DNA of 42,182 bases from a virus: positions 1 through 42,182 of the IMG/VR virus record IMGVR_UViG_3300045988_148823. One strand, given 5' to 3'. This document shows positions 23,868-31,173 of this stretch, piece by piece (positions within the stretch are counted from its first letter, which is position 1; the number at the start of each line of letters is the position of its first letter). The notes under the pieces were generated by a model. The model worked only from the letters and a program-made list of their open reading frames with translations. It was not told the origin of the DNA and ran no database searches. The translations under genes and the position numbers were made by a program.

Positions 23868-23915
23868 AGAATAAATTCTAATTAAAATAAAGTTTTTAAC
23901 AAAATTAATTAAAAG

Positions 23916-23939
23916 GACTATAGAATATAGTCTTTTTTT
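23916..23939 (+). terminator. Rho-independent terminator
   Basis: GACTATA (23916-22) pairs with TATAGTC (23926-32), loop gaa, then T7. Confidence 0.75.
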
Positions 23940-24026
23940 GTCGTAATAAAGAGAACGATTGTATATAACAAATATCACAAAAAGAGATATTATATATTAT
24001 ATAAAGTTTTTTAAAGGGGGAGGAAT

Positions 24027-24206
24027 ATGAAGGTAAAAGAATATAGGCTTTTAAATGGATATACACAAACTGAAATTGCTAATATTTTGAATATAAAACA
24101 AAATAGTTATAGTAATAAAGAATTGGGGAAAAGATCTTTTACAATCGAAGAAATAAAACTATTAAAAGAATTGTTTAAGGTTACTTATGAGGATTTACTG
24201 AATTAG
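24027..24206 (+). CDS. XRE-family HTH protein (59 aa)
   Basis: MKVKEYRLLNGYTQTEIANILNIKQNSYSNKELGKRSFTIEEIKLLKELF... RBS gggggagg upstream. Below the track cutoff. Confidence 0.65.
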   Translation: MKVKEYRLLNGYTQTEIANILNIKQNSYSNKELGKRSFTIEEIKLLKELFKVTYEDLLN

Positions 24207-24222
24207 TGCAAAGGGGGATCAA

Positions 24223-24954
24223 ATGAGTTATACAGTAATAGAAAATGATTTTTTTGATAACAATAGTTTAAAAATTAATACATGGGCAGTATTAATGTTT
24301 TTGTTAAGATATGAAAATAAAGATAAGGGATATGCTTACCCTTCACAAAGTATGCTTTTAAAGAAAACTGGATTAAGTAAAGTTACTCTTTTAAAATGCT
24401 TGAATGAGTTAGAAGAGAGAGGATATATAACCATAAAAAAAAGCAATGGGGAAAATAATAAATATTACATTAATGCAAATATAAAAAATGATACCAATAC
24501 TAAAATTAGTACCGGTACTAAAAATAGTAGTACTGAAATTAGTACCGATACCTGTACTAAAAATAGTACCCTACAATTACTAAATAAAAATAATAAAAAA
24601 GAAAAAGGAAAAAAGAAAACTAGTTTAGATGAAATTATAGAAACTTATACTGAAAATGATTCATTAAAAGAAACTATAAAAGATTTTATTAAAATGAGAA
24701 AAACTATTAAGAAACCAGTTACAGATAGAAGTCTTAAATTAACATTAAATAAATTAGATCAGTATGGGAGAAATGATTTGGAAAAAATAGAGATACTTGA
24801 AAATAGTATTATGAATTGTTGGCAAGGAGTATTTGAATTAAAAAATAAAAAAGAACCTACTGCAATAGGTTCTGATAAAAATAAAAATATTAAAGTTAAT
24901 CCTAGTATATGCAATAGTGGGAGAAAATATTCAAGGGGAGTTGAAATGTTGTGA
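24223..24954 (+). CDS. Replisome organizer / DnaD-like replication protein (wHTH N-terminus, DnaD-like C-terminus)
   Basis: N-terminal YAYPSQSMLLKKTGLSKVTLLKCLNELEERGYITIKK. C-terminal LKETIKDFIKMRKTIKKPVTDRSLKLTLNKL...ILENSIMNCWQGVF is typical of phage replisome-organizer C-termini. Followed directly by the primase-helicase. Confidence 0.7.
   Translation: MSYTVIENDFFDNNSLKINTWAVLMFLLRYENKDKGYAYPSQSMLLKKTGLSKVTLLKCLNELEERGYITIKKSNGENNKYYINANIKNDTNTKISTGTKNSSTEISTDTCTKNSTLQLLNKNNKKEKGKKKTSLDEIIETYTENDSLKETIKDFIKMRKTIKKPVTDRSLKLTLNKLDQYGRNDLEKIEILENSIMNCWQGVFELKNKKEPTAIGSDKNKNIKVNPSICNSGRKYSRGVEML
24497..24569. repeat. Array of four 16-bp palindromes (GTACT-N6-AGTAC) inside the replisome-organizer gene; candidate lytic origin
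   Basis: aTACTaaaattAGTAC 24497-512; GTACTaaaaatAGTAg 24515-30; GTACTgaaattAGTAC 24530-45; GTACTaaaaatAGTAC 24554-69. Confidence 0.8.
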
Positions 24955-26783
24955 TAGATATTAAAAAAATAATTGATGATATAAAAAATCAAATAAGAGC
25001 AGAAGAAGTTAAAAATAAAATAGCTTCTGATTTAAATTTAAAATTAGATAAATCAAATAAATGCTTATGTTTTAACCATAATGAAAAAGTTCCAAGTATG
25101 AGTTTTGATATGAAAGCTAAAAAATTTAGATGTTTTAGTTGTGCTCATACTTACGATATATTTAATCATTATCAAGAATATTATAATAAATCATTCATAG
25201 AAGCCGTAAAATCTATTGTAAACGATTTTAATATATCAACTGATAAATTAATCATTAACACAGAAAGAAAAGCTATAAAGACACCTACAATCCACAAAAA
25301 CAATATTTCTAAATCTATTTCATATATAAATAAAAGATGTATAAGTGAAAACACAATAAAGTATGCAGATGTTAGAGAAGATGATAAAGGTAATATAGTG
25401 TTTATTTATAAAAATGAATTAGGAGAACATATAACAAATAAATACAGACCTAGTTACAAGATAGATAAAAGTAAAAAACAATTAAAGACTTGGTTTGAAG
25501 CTGAAACTAACATAAATACTTTGTACTTAATGGATAAAGCAGATATAACTAAACCATTGGTAATATGCGAAGGTGAATTTGACTGTTTAAGTCTTATCGA
25601 AAGTGGGATTAAAAATGCAGTAAGTGTTCCGACTGGATGCAAATCTACTGAATGGATCACAACTAACTGGACTTGGTTAGAGCAATTTGAGGAAATAATT
25701 CTTTGGTTTGATAATGACGAAGCTGGTAAAGAAGGGGTAAAAGAAGTATTTAACAGATTACCTAACAAAACTGTAAAAATAGTTTATTCAGATATATGCA
25801 ACGATATAAATGAAATATTATTTAAGTATGGTAAATTAGCAGTATTAAAGCAATTTGAAAAAGCTTCTATTCCTCTTATTGACGGAGTTAAAAGCACTAA
25901 GCAAATATCAACTTTTAACATATACGAAGCTGAAACAATTCAAATAGGAATAAAAAAAATAGATGATAGAATAATTGGTTTGCCTCTTGGAAGCTTAAAT
26001 GTAATAACTGGAAGAACTGGAGAAGGTAAATCGACTATATTAAATCAATTTTTTATAGGGGAAAGTATAAGGCAAGGATATAAAGTATTTTTATTTAGTG
26101 GAGAACTTACAGAAAGTAATGCTAAAGGTTGGCTTTTAGATACTTTAGCTAACAAAGATGATTTATTAGAATTTACAAATAAAAAAGGATATAAATATAA
26201 AAAACTTTCATCAAAAGCAGTAAGCAAAATAGATGATTTTTTAGAAGATAAATTTTTCCTATATACAGAAGAAGATTACACTATAAATGCAATTATATCT
26301 AAAATGGAAATCATGGCTAAAAGATATGGTGTAAAAGTATTCTGTATAGATAATTTAATGGTTACTGAAAATGACGAAAAAGAAGAGTTGAGAAATCAAA
26401 CTGAAATAGTTAAAAAATTAAAAAGTTTTGCTAAAAAATATAATGCAATAGTTCATTTAGTAGCACATCCAAGAAAGGCACAGAACGGTCAAACTGGACT
26501 TGATAAATCTGATATAAGTGGATCGGCTAATATAACTAACCTAGCAGATTATGTAATGATAGTTCAGAGAATAAAAGATGAAGAAGATGCGACTAAAGAT
26601 AAGCATACTATATTAACTATAGATAAAGATAGATATATGGGTAATAGATTAGGAATTGAATTATTATTTGATAAAGATAGAAGAAGATTTTATTGTTTGA
26701 ATGGTAATGGAGAAGAATTAGAAGTTAATTATTTATTAGAAGAATTTGAACAAATAGAAGGGGAATGGACATGGGAAGATTAG
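24951..26783 (+). CDS. Bifunctional primase-helicase (zinc finger + Toprim + DnaB/RecA-type helicase)
   Basis: Zn motif CLCFNHNEKVPSMSF..FRCFSCAHTYD. Toprim VICEGEFDCLSL...WFDNDEAGKEG. Walker A ITGRTGEGKST, Walker B VFCIDNLM, and HLVAHPRK. GTG start overlaps the upstream stop. Confidence 0.85.
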   Translation: MIDIKKIIDDIKNQIRAEEVKNKIASDLNLKLDKSNKCLCFNHNEKVPSMSFDMKAKKFRCFSCAHTYDIFNHYQEYYNKSFIEAVKSIVNDFNISTDKLIINTERKAIKTPTIHKNNISKSISYINKRCISENTIKYADVREDDKGNIVFIYKNELGEHITNKYRPSYKIDKSKKQLKTWFEAETNINTLYLMDKADITKPLVICEGEFDCLSLIESGIKNAVSVPTGCKSTEWITTNWTWLEQFEEIILWFDNDEAGKEGVKEVFNRLPNKTVKIVYSDICNDINEILFKYGKLAVLKQFEKASIPLIDGVKSTKQISTFNIYEAETIQIGIKKIDDRIIGLPLGSLNVITGRTGEGKSTILNQFFIGESIRQGYKVFLFSGELTESNAKGWLLDTLANKDDLLEFTNKKGYKYKKLSSKAVSKIDDFLEDKFFLYTEEDYTINAIISKMEIMAKRYGVKVFCIDNLMVTENDEKEELRNQTEIVKKLKSFAKKYNAIVHLVAHPRKAQNGQTGLDKSDISGSANITNLADYVMIVQRIKDEEDATKDKHTILTIDKDRYMGNRLGIELLFDKDRRRFYCLNGNGEELEVNYLLEEFEQIEGEWTWED

Positions 26784-26950
26784 AAATAAGTCAATGGGGA
26801 CACAATATAAATAACGAACTTAAATATACATATGAAAAAGCATACGAAGAATCAGAAGTAAAAAATATAAGTATGAGCAAAGAAGAATTTGACAAATATA
26901 TAAAAGAATTAGAAATGAAGAATAGATGGAAAAATAGGGGGATAAGATGA
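26765..26950 (+). CDS. Hypothetical protein
   Basis: 61-aa track ORF. ATG at 26765 or in-frame ATG at 26771. Confidence 0.5.
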   Translation: MDMGRLEISQWGHNINNELKYTYEKAYEESEVKNISMSKEEFDKYIKELEMKNRWKNRGIR

Positions 26951-27147
26951 AAACTTATACAACTGATGAAATGATTATAGTATTAAGTAAAATAGATTTT
27001 GATATAACTTTTTTATTAGAAGAAAATAGAGATATACATGTATTTAATGATATTTATAGAAATATATGCAAAGGTGAATATGGAAGTGGAGATATAGTTA
27101 AATTTAATAAAAACGATTATATAAATAAAAAATGGGTGATTAAATAA
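26947..27147 (+). CDS. Hypothetical protein
   Basis: 66 aa. Start overlaps the upstream stop. RBS aggggga. Confidence 0.55.
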   Translation: MKTYTTDEMIIVLSKIDFDITFLLEENRDIHVFNDIYRNICKGEYGSGDIVKFNKNDYINKKWVIK

Positions 27148-27308
27148 TGAATGATAAATGTGATAATAAAACTTGCATATATTATAAAACTTGCTTAATA
27201 GATAATTTTAGTAGGGATAAAAAGTGTACTGGAAATTTAAGTATTAAAAATCCAGCACATCCTAATTATCAAGCTATTACAAGGGGTAATGATGAAAAAA
27301 AGGAGTAG
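27147..27308 (+). CDS. Small Cys-containing hypothetical protein (53 aa)
   Basis: MNDKCDNKTCIYYKTCLIDNFSRDKKCTGNLSIKNPAHPNYQAITRGNDEKKE*. ATG overlaps the upstream TAA. Confidence 0.35.
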   Translation: MNDKCDNKTCIYYKTCLIDNFSRDKKCTGNLSIKNPAHPNYQAITRGNDEKKE

Positions 27309-27316
27309 ATACACAA

Positions 27317-27526
27317 ATGATAAGTAGTGTTATTGAAGATAGAGATAAATTAATTAGTGAATATGAAAAACTAATAGATAGGCTTTATAAGGCAGAAAAA
27401 TGGGCTAATGATAATAACTATTGTTGGGAATTTGTAAAGGCTCACAAGTACAAAATATGGCACGAGAGAGATAATATAATTAAAGAAATAGAGTTTGTGA
27501 GAGAGTTACTAGGCTTACCAAATTAG
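27317..27526 (+). CDS. Hypothetical protein
   Basis: 69 aa with RBS aaggag. Confidence 0.6.
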   Translation: MISSVIEDRDKLISEYEKLIDRLYKAEKWANDNNYCWEFVKAHKYKIWHERDNIIKEIEFVRELLGLPN

Positions 27527-27539
27527 GTAAGTCTTTTTT
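27514..27539 (+). terminator. Rho-independent terminator
   Basis: CTTACC (27514-19) pairs with GGTAAG (27526-31), followed by a T-run. Confidence 0.7.
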
Positions 27540-27578
27540 ATTGTCAAAATAAGGCGAACGAAAGTTGGAATAAATATA

Positions 27579-27617
27579 TATGTACATGCATACATACGCA
27601 TAATTTTGTGATATAAT
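27579..27617 (+). promoter_or_regulatory. Promoter with extended -10 and an inverted repeat over the -35 region
   Basis: TGaTATAAT at 27609-17. TATGTA (27579-84) and TACATA (27591-96) form an inverted repeat with a 6-nt spacer. Confidence 0.5.
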
Positions 27618-27647
27618 ATAGTTATAAGGCAGTTAAGAGGTGAACAA

Positions 27648-27782
27648 ATGAAAACAAATAAAAATATAAGTATAGATATTGAAATATTAAAAGAAATGCT
27701 TGAGTATTGTGAAAGATACAATGTTTCTTTTAGTAAGTTAGTAGTAGACTTATGGACTTATTTTAAAAAGAAAAACAAGTAG
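27648..27782 (+). CDS. Ribbon-helix-helix (CopG/Arc-like) protein (44 aa)
   Basis: MKTNKNISIDIEILKEMLEYCERYNVSFSKLVVDLWTYFKKKNK*. Beta-strand ISIDIE followed by two helices. RBS agaggtg upstream. Confidence 0.5.
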   Translation: MKTNKNISIDIEILKEMLEYCERYNVSFSKLVVDLWTYFKKKNK

Positions 27783-27792
27783 GGGGATTAAT

Positions 27793-27927
27793 ATGCTAGA
27801 AGAAGCTAGGGAGTTAATGGTTAAATTTATTGAAACTTATGGGTTTAATGACGAGGTAACGATAGCATCTAGTGTTTTAGTTGATAAAATATTGAACAAA
27901 GAGGGGGAGAAAAAGTGTCAAGCGTAG
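27793..27927 (+). CDS. Spo0E-like small protein (44 aa), putative Spo0A-P phosphatase family
   Basis: MLEEARELMVKFIETYGFNDEVTIASSVLVDKILNKEGEKKCQA*. Layout resembles Spo0E/YisI/YnzD (helix, G(F/M), helix with S-x-x-x-D-x-(I/L)(I/L); B. subtilis has SQELDxLI). RBS aggggga upstream. Confidence 0.45.
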   Translation: MLEEARELMVKFIETYGFNDEVTIASSVLVDKILNKEGEKKCQA

Positions 27928-28247
27928 CAGATATTGTTTACAATCATATAGTTTGCAGCAAAGGGGATGAAGTTGTATCCGTAGAAGTTGATTTCAATGA
28001 AAACTTAATTCATATACTCACTCAATATATGTACAAAAGTGCTAACAAAACTTTTAAAAGTTTGATAGAAAAAGAAGAAGCAGAAAAGAAAGCTAAATTT
28101 AATAGTGTTATACTTATGCCACACTTCTTAAAAGAAAGTAAAAAGTGGGAAAATAGAATAGGAATACCTTTGAAATATTGGTCAGAAGCTGAACATATAA
28201 AGTTTAAAGCCTACTTTATGAAAAAGTATGGTGATATGATTAAATGA
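27915..28247 (+). CDS. Hypothetical protein
   Basis: 110 aa, GTG start after gagggggag. Confidence 0.55.
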   Translation: MSSVADIVYNHIVCSKGDEVVSVEVDFNENLIHILTQYMYKSANKTFKSLIEKEEAEKKAKFNSVILMPHFLKESKKWENRIGIPLKYWSEAEHIKFKAYFMKKYGDMIK

Positions 28248-28324
28248 GATTAGTTATATTAATATTAACTTGTTATTTAATGCTTGAACTAGCAATAATA
28301 TTAGCAGAAAAGGAAGGTAAATAA
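28244..28324 (+). CDS. Hydrophobic micro-peptide (26 aa)
   Basis: MRLVILILTCYLMLELAIILAEKEGK*. ATG overlaps the upstream stop (ATGA). Confidence 0.3.
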   Translation: MRLVILILTCYLMLELAIILAEKEGK

Positions 28325-28326
28325 AT

Positions 28327-28728
28327 ATGAATAAAATAATAATTAGTGGTCGTTTAGTTAGAGATGCAGAGCTTAGCTATATAGCTTCTACTGCTACACC
28401 TAAAATGAGTTTTTCAATAGCAGTAGAAAGAGCATATCAAAAGGATAAAAATAATAAAAAAGTTGATTTTATAAACTGTGAAATGATAGGGAAGCATACA
28501 GAAAATTTATGTCAGTATGTAACTAAGGGAAAACAAATATTAGTAGAAGGCGAGTTAAACATTGATAATTATGAAAAAGACGGAGAGAAAAGAAGCTTCA
28601 CTAAAGTAAAAGTTGATAGATTAGAGTTTTTAGGTGGGAATTCTAATGCTAATACTGAAAATAAGCAAAATAATGAATATAAGATAGAAGAATTCAACGA
28701 TTTTGACGAAGATGAAATACCATTTTAG
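28327..28728 (+). CDS. ssb: Single-stranded DNA-binding protein
   Basis: MNKIIISGRLVRDAELSY...VDFINCEMIGKHTENLCQYVTKGKQILVEGEL...VDRLEFLG has an OB-fold SSB pattern. The acidic tail ends DEDEIPF. Confidence 0.9.
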   Translation: MNKIIISGRLVRDAELSYIASTATPKMSFSIAVERAYQKDKNNKKVDFINCEMIGKHTENLCQYVTKGKQILVEGELNIDNYEKDGEKRSFTKVKVDRLEFLGGNSNANTENKQNNEYKIEEFNDFDEDEIPF

Positions 28729-28749
28729 GTAGTAGGGGGAGTAAGAGTT

Positions 28750-29043
28750 ATGAAAACAAGTCCTTTCAAAGAAATAACAAATGAAATGTTTAATTTATAT
28801 GAAATAAAAAATAAAAACTATGGAGATAGCTTTTCTAAGCAATTTGAAGAGTATGGTTTAACAAGTGTATGTATAAGACTAGAAGATAAATTAAATAGGC
28901 TCAAAAGTTTGAATAAGCAGATTTCAGAGGCTAAAAATGGAATAGTTGATATTAATGTGGATGATGAAAGTATAAAAGATACACTTATAGATTTAGCTAA
29001 TTACAGTGTATTGGCAATAATGGAAATATCTAAGGGGGAGTAA
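28750..29043 (+). CDS. DUF1599-like (nucleotide-modification-associated, all-alpha NTP-PPase-like) protein
   Basis: KNKNYGDSF...SVCIRLEDKLNRLKSL...IKDTLIDLANYSVLAIME matches my recollection of the DUF1599 pattern (K..DYG.. / R..dK..Rl / D...Dl.nY). Confidence 0.5.
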   Translation: MKTSPFKEITNEMFNLYEIKNKNYGDSFSKQFEEYGLTSVCIRLEDKLNRLKSLNKQISEAKNGIVDINVDDESIKDTLIDLANYSVLAIMEISKGE

Positions 29044-29045
29044 TT

Positions 29046-29732
29046 ATGGAAGTAAAAGGCTTTGAAGTTGAAGGAGTAATAAAAATTGATAATGTTAGGA
29101 TTTATGGATTAAATGAAAGTGTAATAGCAAGTGGTTACCCTATGCAAATTGAAACTCATGATATGAATAAAGTTGTTATAGGTGAAAAAGATTTAAAAAG
29201 AGTTAAACACTTAGGAAATGCAGTTCCTGGAAGTGGACACGATTGTTTTGCTAAAGGTATAACAGTGCAATTTGATTTACAAGTACCCGAGTACATATGG
29301 CGACAATTAGATAGGTACCATTTTATAGATTATGTTAGTAGTCAAAGCAAGATGCACAGAATACTTAAAATGGATATAGATGAAGCTTGTAATAAGTATG
29401 TGCTACAAGAAACGATAGATAGTTTAAATGAATTGATAGGTTATTATAATAATTTTGATAGAGAGGTTGAAAAGTGCAAGGAAGATTATCCAAATGAACC
29501 TCTTCGATATAAACTTAGAGATGAAACTCTTATTGAAGGAACTAAAGAAAATCTATTCAATATTATAATAGCTAATACTCCTTGTGGATTAATGCTAACG
29601 GCTAGGATGACAACTAATTATTTACAATTAAAATCTATAGTTAATCAGAGAAGTAACCACAAAATGCAAGAATGGAGATTACTATGTGATTATTTTAAAA
29701 CATTACCTATGTTCGATTTAGTTTGTAAGTAG
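29046..29732 (+). CDS. Divergent ThyX-like (flavin-dependent thymidylate synthase fold) protein
   Basis: GSGHDCFAKGITVQFDLQVPEYIWRQLDRYHFIDYVSSQSKMH aligns by eye to the ThyX core (HE..fEH..ftF.i...sr....Ql.RHR..S...qSqRY), but RHR is replaced by RYH. The C-terminal part LTARMTTNYLQLKSIVNQRSNHKMQEW resembles the ThyX R...HAQ.EI region. Confidence 0.5.
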   Translation: MEVKGFEVEGVIKIDNVRIYGLNESVIASGYPMQIETHDMNKVVIGEKDLKRVKHLGNAVPGSGHDCFAKGITVQFDLQVPEYIWRQLDRYHFIDYVSSQSKMHRILKMDIDEACNKYVLQETIDSLNELIGYYNNFDREVEKCKEDYPNEPLRYKLRDETLIEGTKENLFNIIIANTPCGLMLTARMTTNYLQLKSIVNQRSNHKMQEWRLLCDYFKTLPMFDLVCK

Positions 29733-29756
29733 TTTTAAGTAGGGGGATAACTAAAG

Positions 29757-30218
29757 ATGAAATTATTTGTATCAAAGAAAAAATATGATTTACTTAATAA
29801 AGAATATCTTTTGCTTAATGATAATTATGAGGAATTAAAAAGTGCTTATAAAGAGAAGTGTGATAATATTTTAGATTTAAAATATAAAAATGAAATGCAA
29901 TACTTTGAAAAAAATGATTTAGAAAATCAAATATCAATATTAAATCAAGAAGTTGAATTGTATGATAAAACAGTAAAAGATCTAGAAGAAGAAAATGAGA
30001 AGCTTAAAAAAGCTAATGAAGAGTTAGCGAAGCTTTGGAATGATGCTAACAGAAAATTGTGGTGCAACAATGAAAGTGCTAGACAATTAAGAAAGTTATC
30101 AAAAGATATATTAAACTCACAAAAGATAGATAAAACCCAACTAGCTACTTACATACATGACATATCATTTTACGTAGGTGGTGGTGTAGGTGTTGAATTA
30201 AAATCAAAAGATAAATAA
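29757..30218 (+). CDS. Coiled-coil hypothetical protein
   Basis: 153 aa with heptad-rich sequence. RBS aggggga. Confidence 0.6.
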   Translation: MKLFVSKKKYDLLNKEYLLLNDNYEELKSAYKEKCDNILDLKYKNEMQYFEKNDLENQISILNQEVELYDKTVKDLEEENEKLKKANEELAKLWNDANRKLWCNNESARQLRKLSKDILNSQKIDKTQLATYIHDISFYVGGGVGVELKSKDK

Positions 30219-30232
30219 AGGGGAATAAGGAA

Positions 30233-30400
30233 ATGAGAATAGTAAAAGGGGATAAAGTAAAATATTTAGATTTAGAAGGTACTGCTATAAGCAATCCATA
30301 TATGTATATAACGGATATGGAAACTTATATAGATGTTTATTGTAATGATATAAAAGAAACGATGACATTAAAAATAAATGATTTAGAGAAGGTTGATTAA
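30233..30400 (+). CDS. Hypothetical protein (55 aa)
   Basis: MRIVKGDKVKYLDLEGTAISNPYMYITDMETYIDVYCNDIKETMTLKINDLEKVD*. RBS aggggaataagg upstream. Confidence 0.45.
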   Translation: MRIVKGDKVKYLDLEGTAISNPYMYITDMETYIDVYCNDIKETMTLKINDLEKVD

Positions 30401-30652
30401 ATGAATAGAATACATAATTTAGAGATATATAAAAAACTTAGTGCAGTCAATATGTATAATAAACTTGATGAAGAAGTGAAAGAAGTTGCAGGGGCTATAT
30501 TAATGAATGATAGAGAAAATCTAACAGAAGAATTACTTGACGTCATTCAATGTTGTTACGGTATAGCTTTTACTAAGGGAATAAACTTAGAAGAACATAT
30601 AAAAGAGCATAATGAGAAATTATTAAATAGAAATCATAAGTTTATAGATTAA
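30401..30652 (+). CDS. MazG-like nucleotide pyrophosphohydrolase (small)
   Basis: KLDEEVKEVAGAILMNDRENLTEELLDVIQCCYGIA fits the MazG EExxE....E(E)xxD metal-binding helix pair. Confidence 0.55.
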   Translation: MNRIHNLEIYKKLSAVNMYNKLDEEVKEVAGAILMNDRENLTEELLDVIQCCYGIAFTKGINLEEHIKEHNEKLLNRNHKFID

Positions 30653-30883
30653 TGGTAATATACGGAAGCTATTTAAATCAATTCTAAGGGGGCAGAAATT
30701 AAGCTCCTTGTATTTTATCATTAATAGAAAATAAATATAAATAAATGGTTATTAGAAATAAATATAGATACATAATTTACCATAAATGGTGTTAAATAAA
30801 TATCAAGTAAAAAGTAGCGATTTTTGAAAGTATTGAAATTGCTATATTTCGACAAAGTATACTGAAAATGTATATTTAACGGA

Positions 30884-30912
30884 TAGTAACATAATGTTTT
30901 GTTATGTAAAAT
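30884..30912. promoter_or_regulatory. dif/cer-like Xer recombination site candidate
   Basis: TAGTAACATAA-TGTTTTG-TTATGTAAAAT. The right arm is 10/11 to the B. subtilis dif right arm TTATGTAAACT and 10/11 to E. coli TTATGTTAAAT. The left arm shares the inner CATAA with E. coli dif. The central region is 7 nt. Reference sites are recalled from memory. Confidence 0.45.
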
Positions 30913-30960
30913 GAATTGATATTTTAGATAGATATAATTTAATTTGGAGGGTGATATAAT

Positions 30961-31047
30961 ATGAAAAACACTTTAGGTGATTTGAATAATCATTTATTTA
31001 TGCAATTAGAAAGGCTAAATGATAAAGCTAAGAAAAGAAGTAAATAA
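30961..31047 (+). CDS. Micro-ORF (28 aa), possibly a truncated remnant
   Basis: MKNTLGDLNNHLFMQLERLNDKAKKRSK*. Strong RBS ggagggtga upstream. Confidence 0.3.
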   Translation: MKNTLGDLNNHLFMQLERLNDKAKKRSK

Positions 31048-31173
31048 AACACCGCAAAAACGGATAGGAAAATAAAAAACATATTTTAGGTAGTGTAGCA
31101 CCTATATAGTATCGGCAGACTACACCTTACACCATGACCGATACTAAAAAACATATTTTAAACGGAGGAAGTT

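Noticed and set aside
31093-31146. tRNA or tRNA-like gene in the structured segment
   Set aside because: It has no cloverleaf arrangement, no T-loop GTTC motif, no 7-bp acceptor stem and the wrong length. No tRNA was recognised anywhere in the window.
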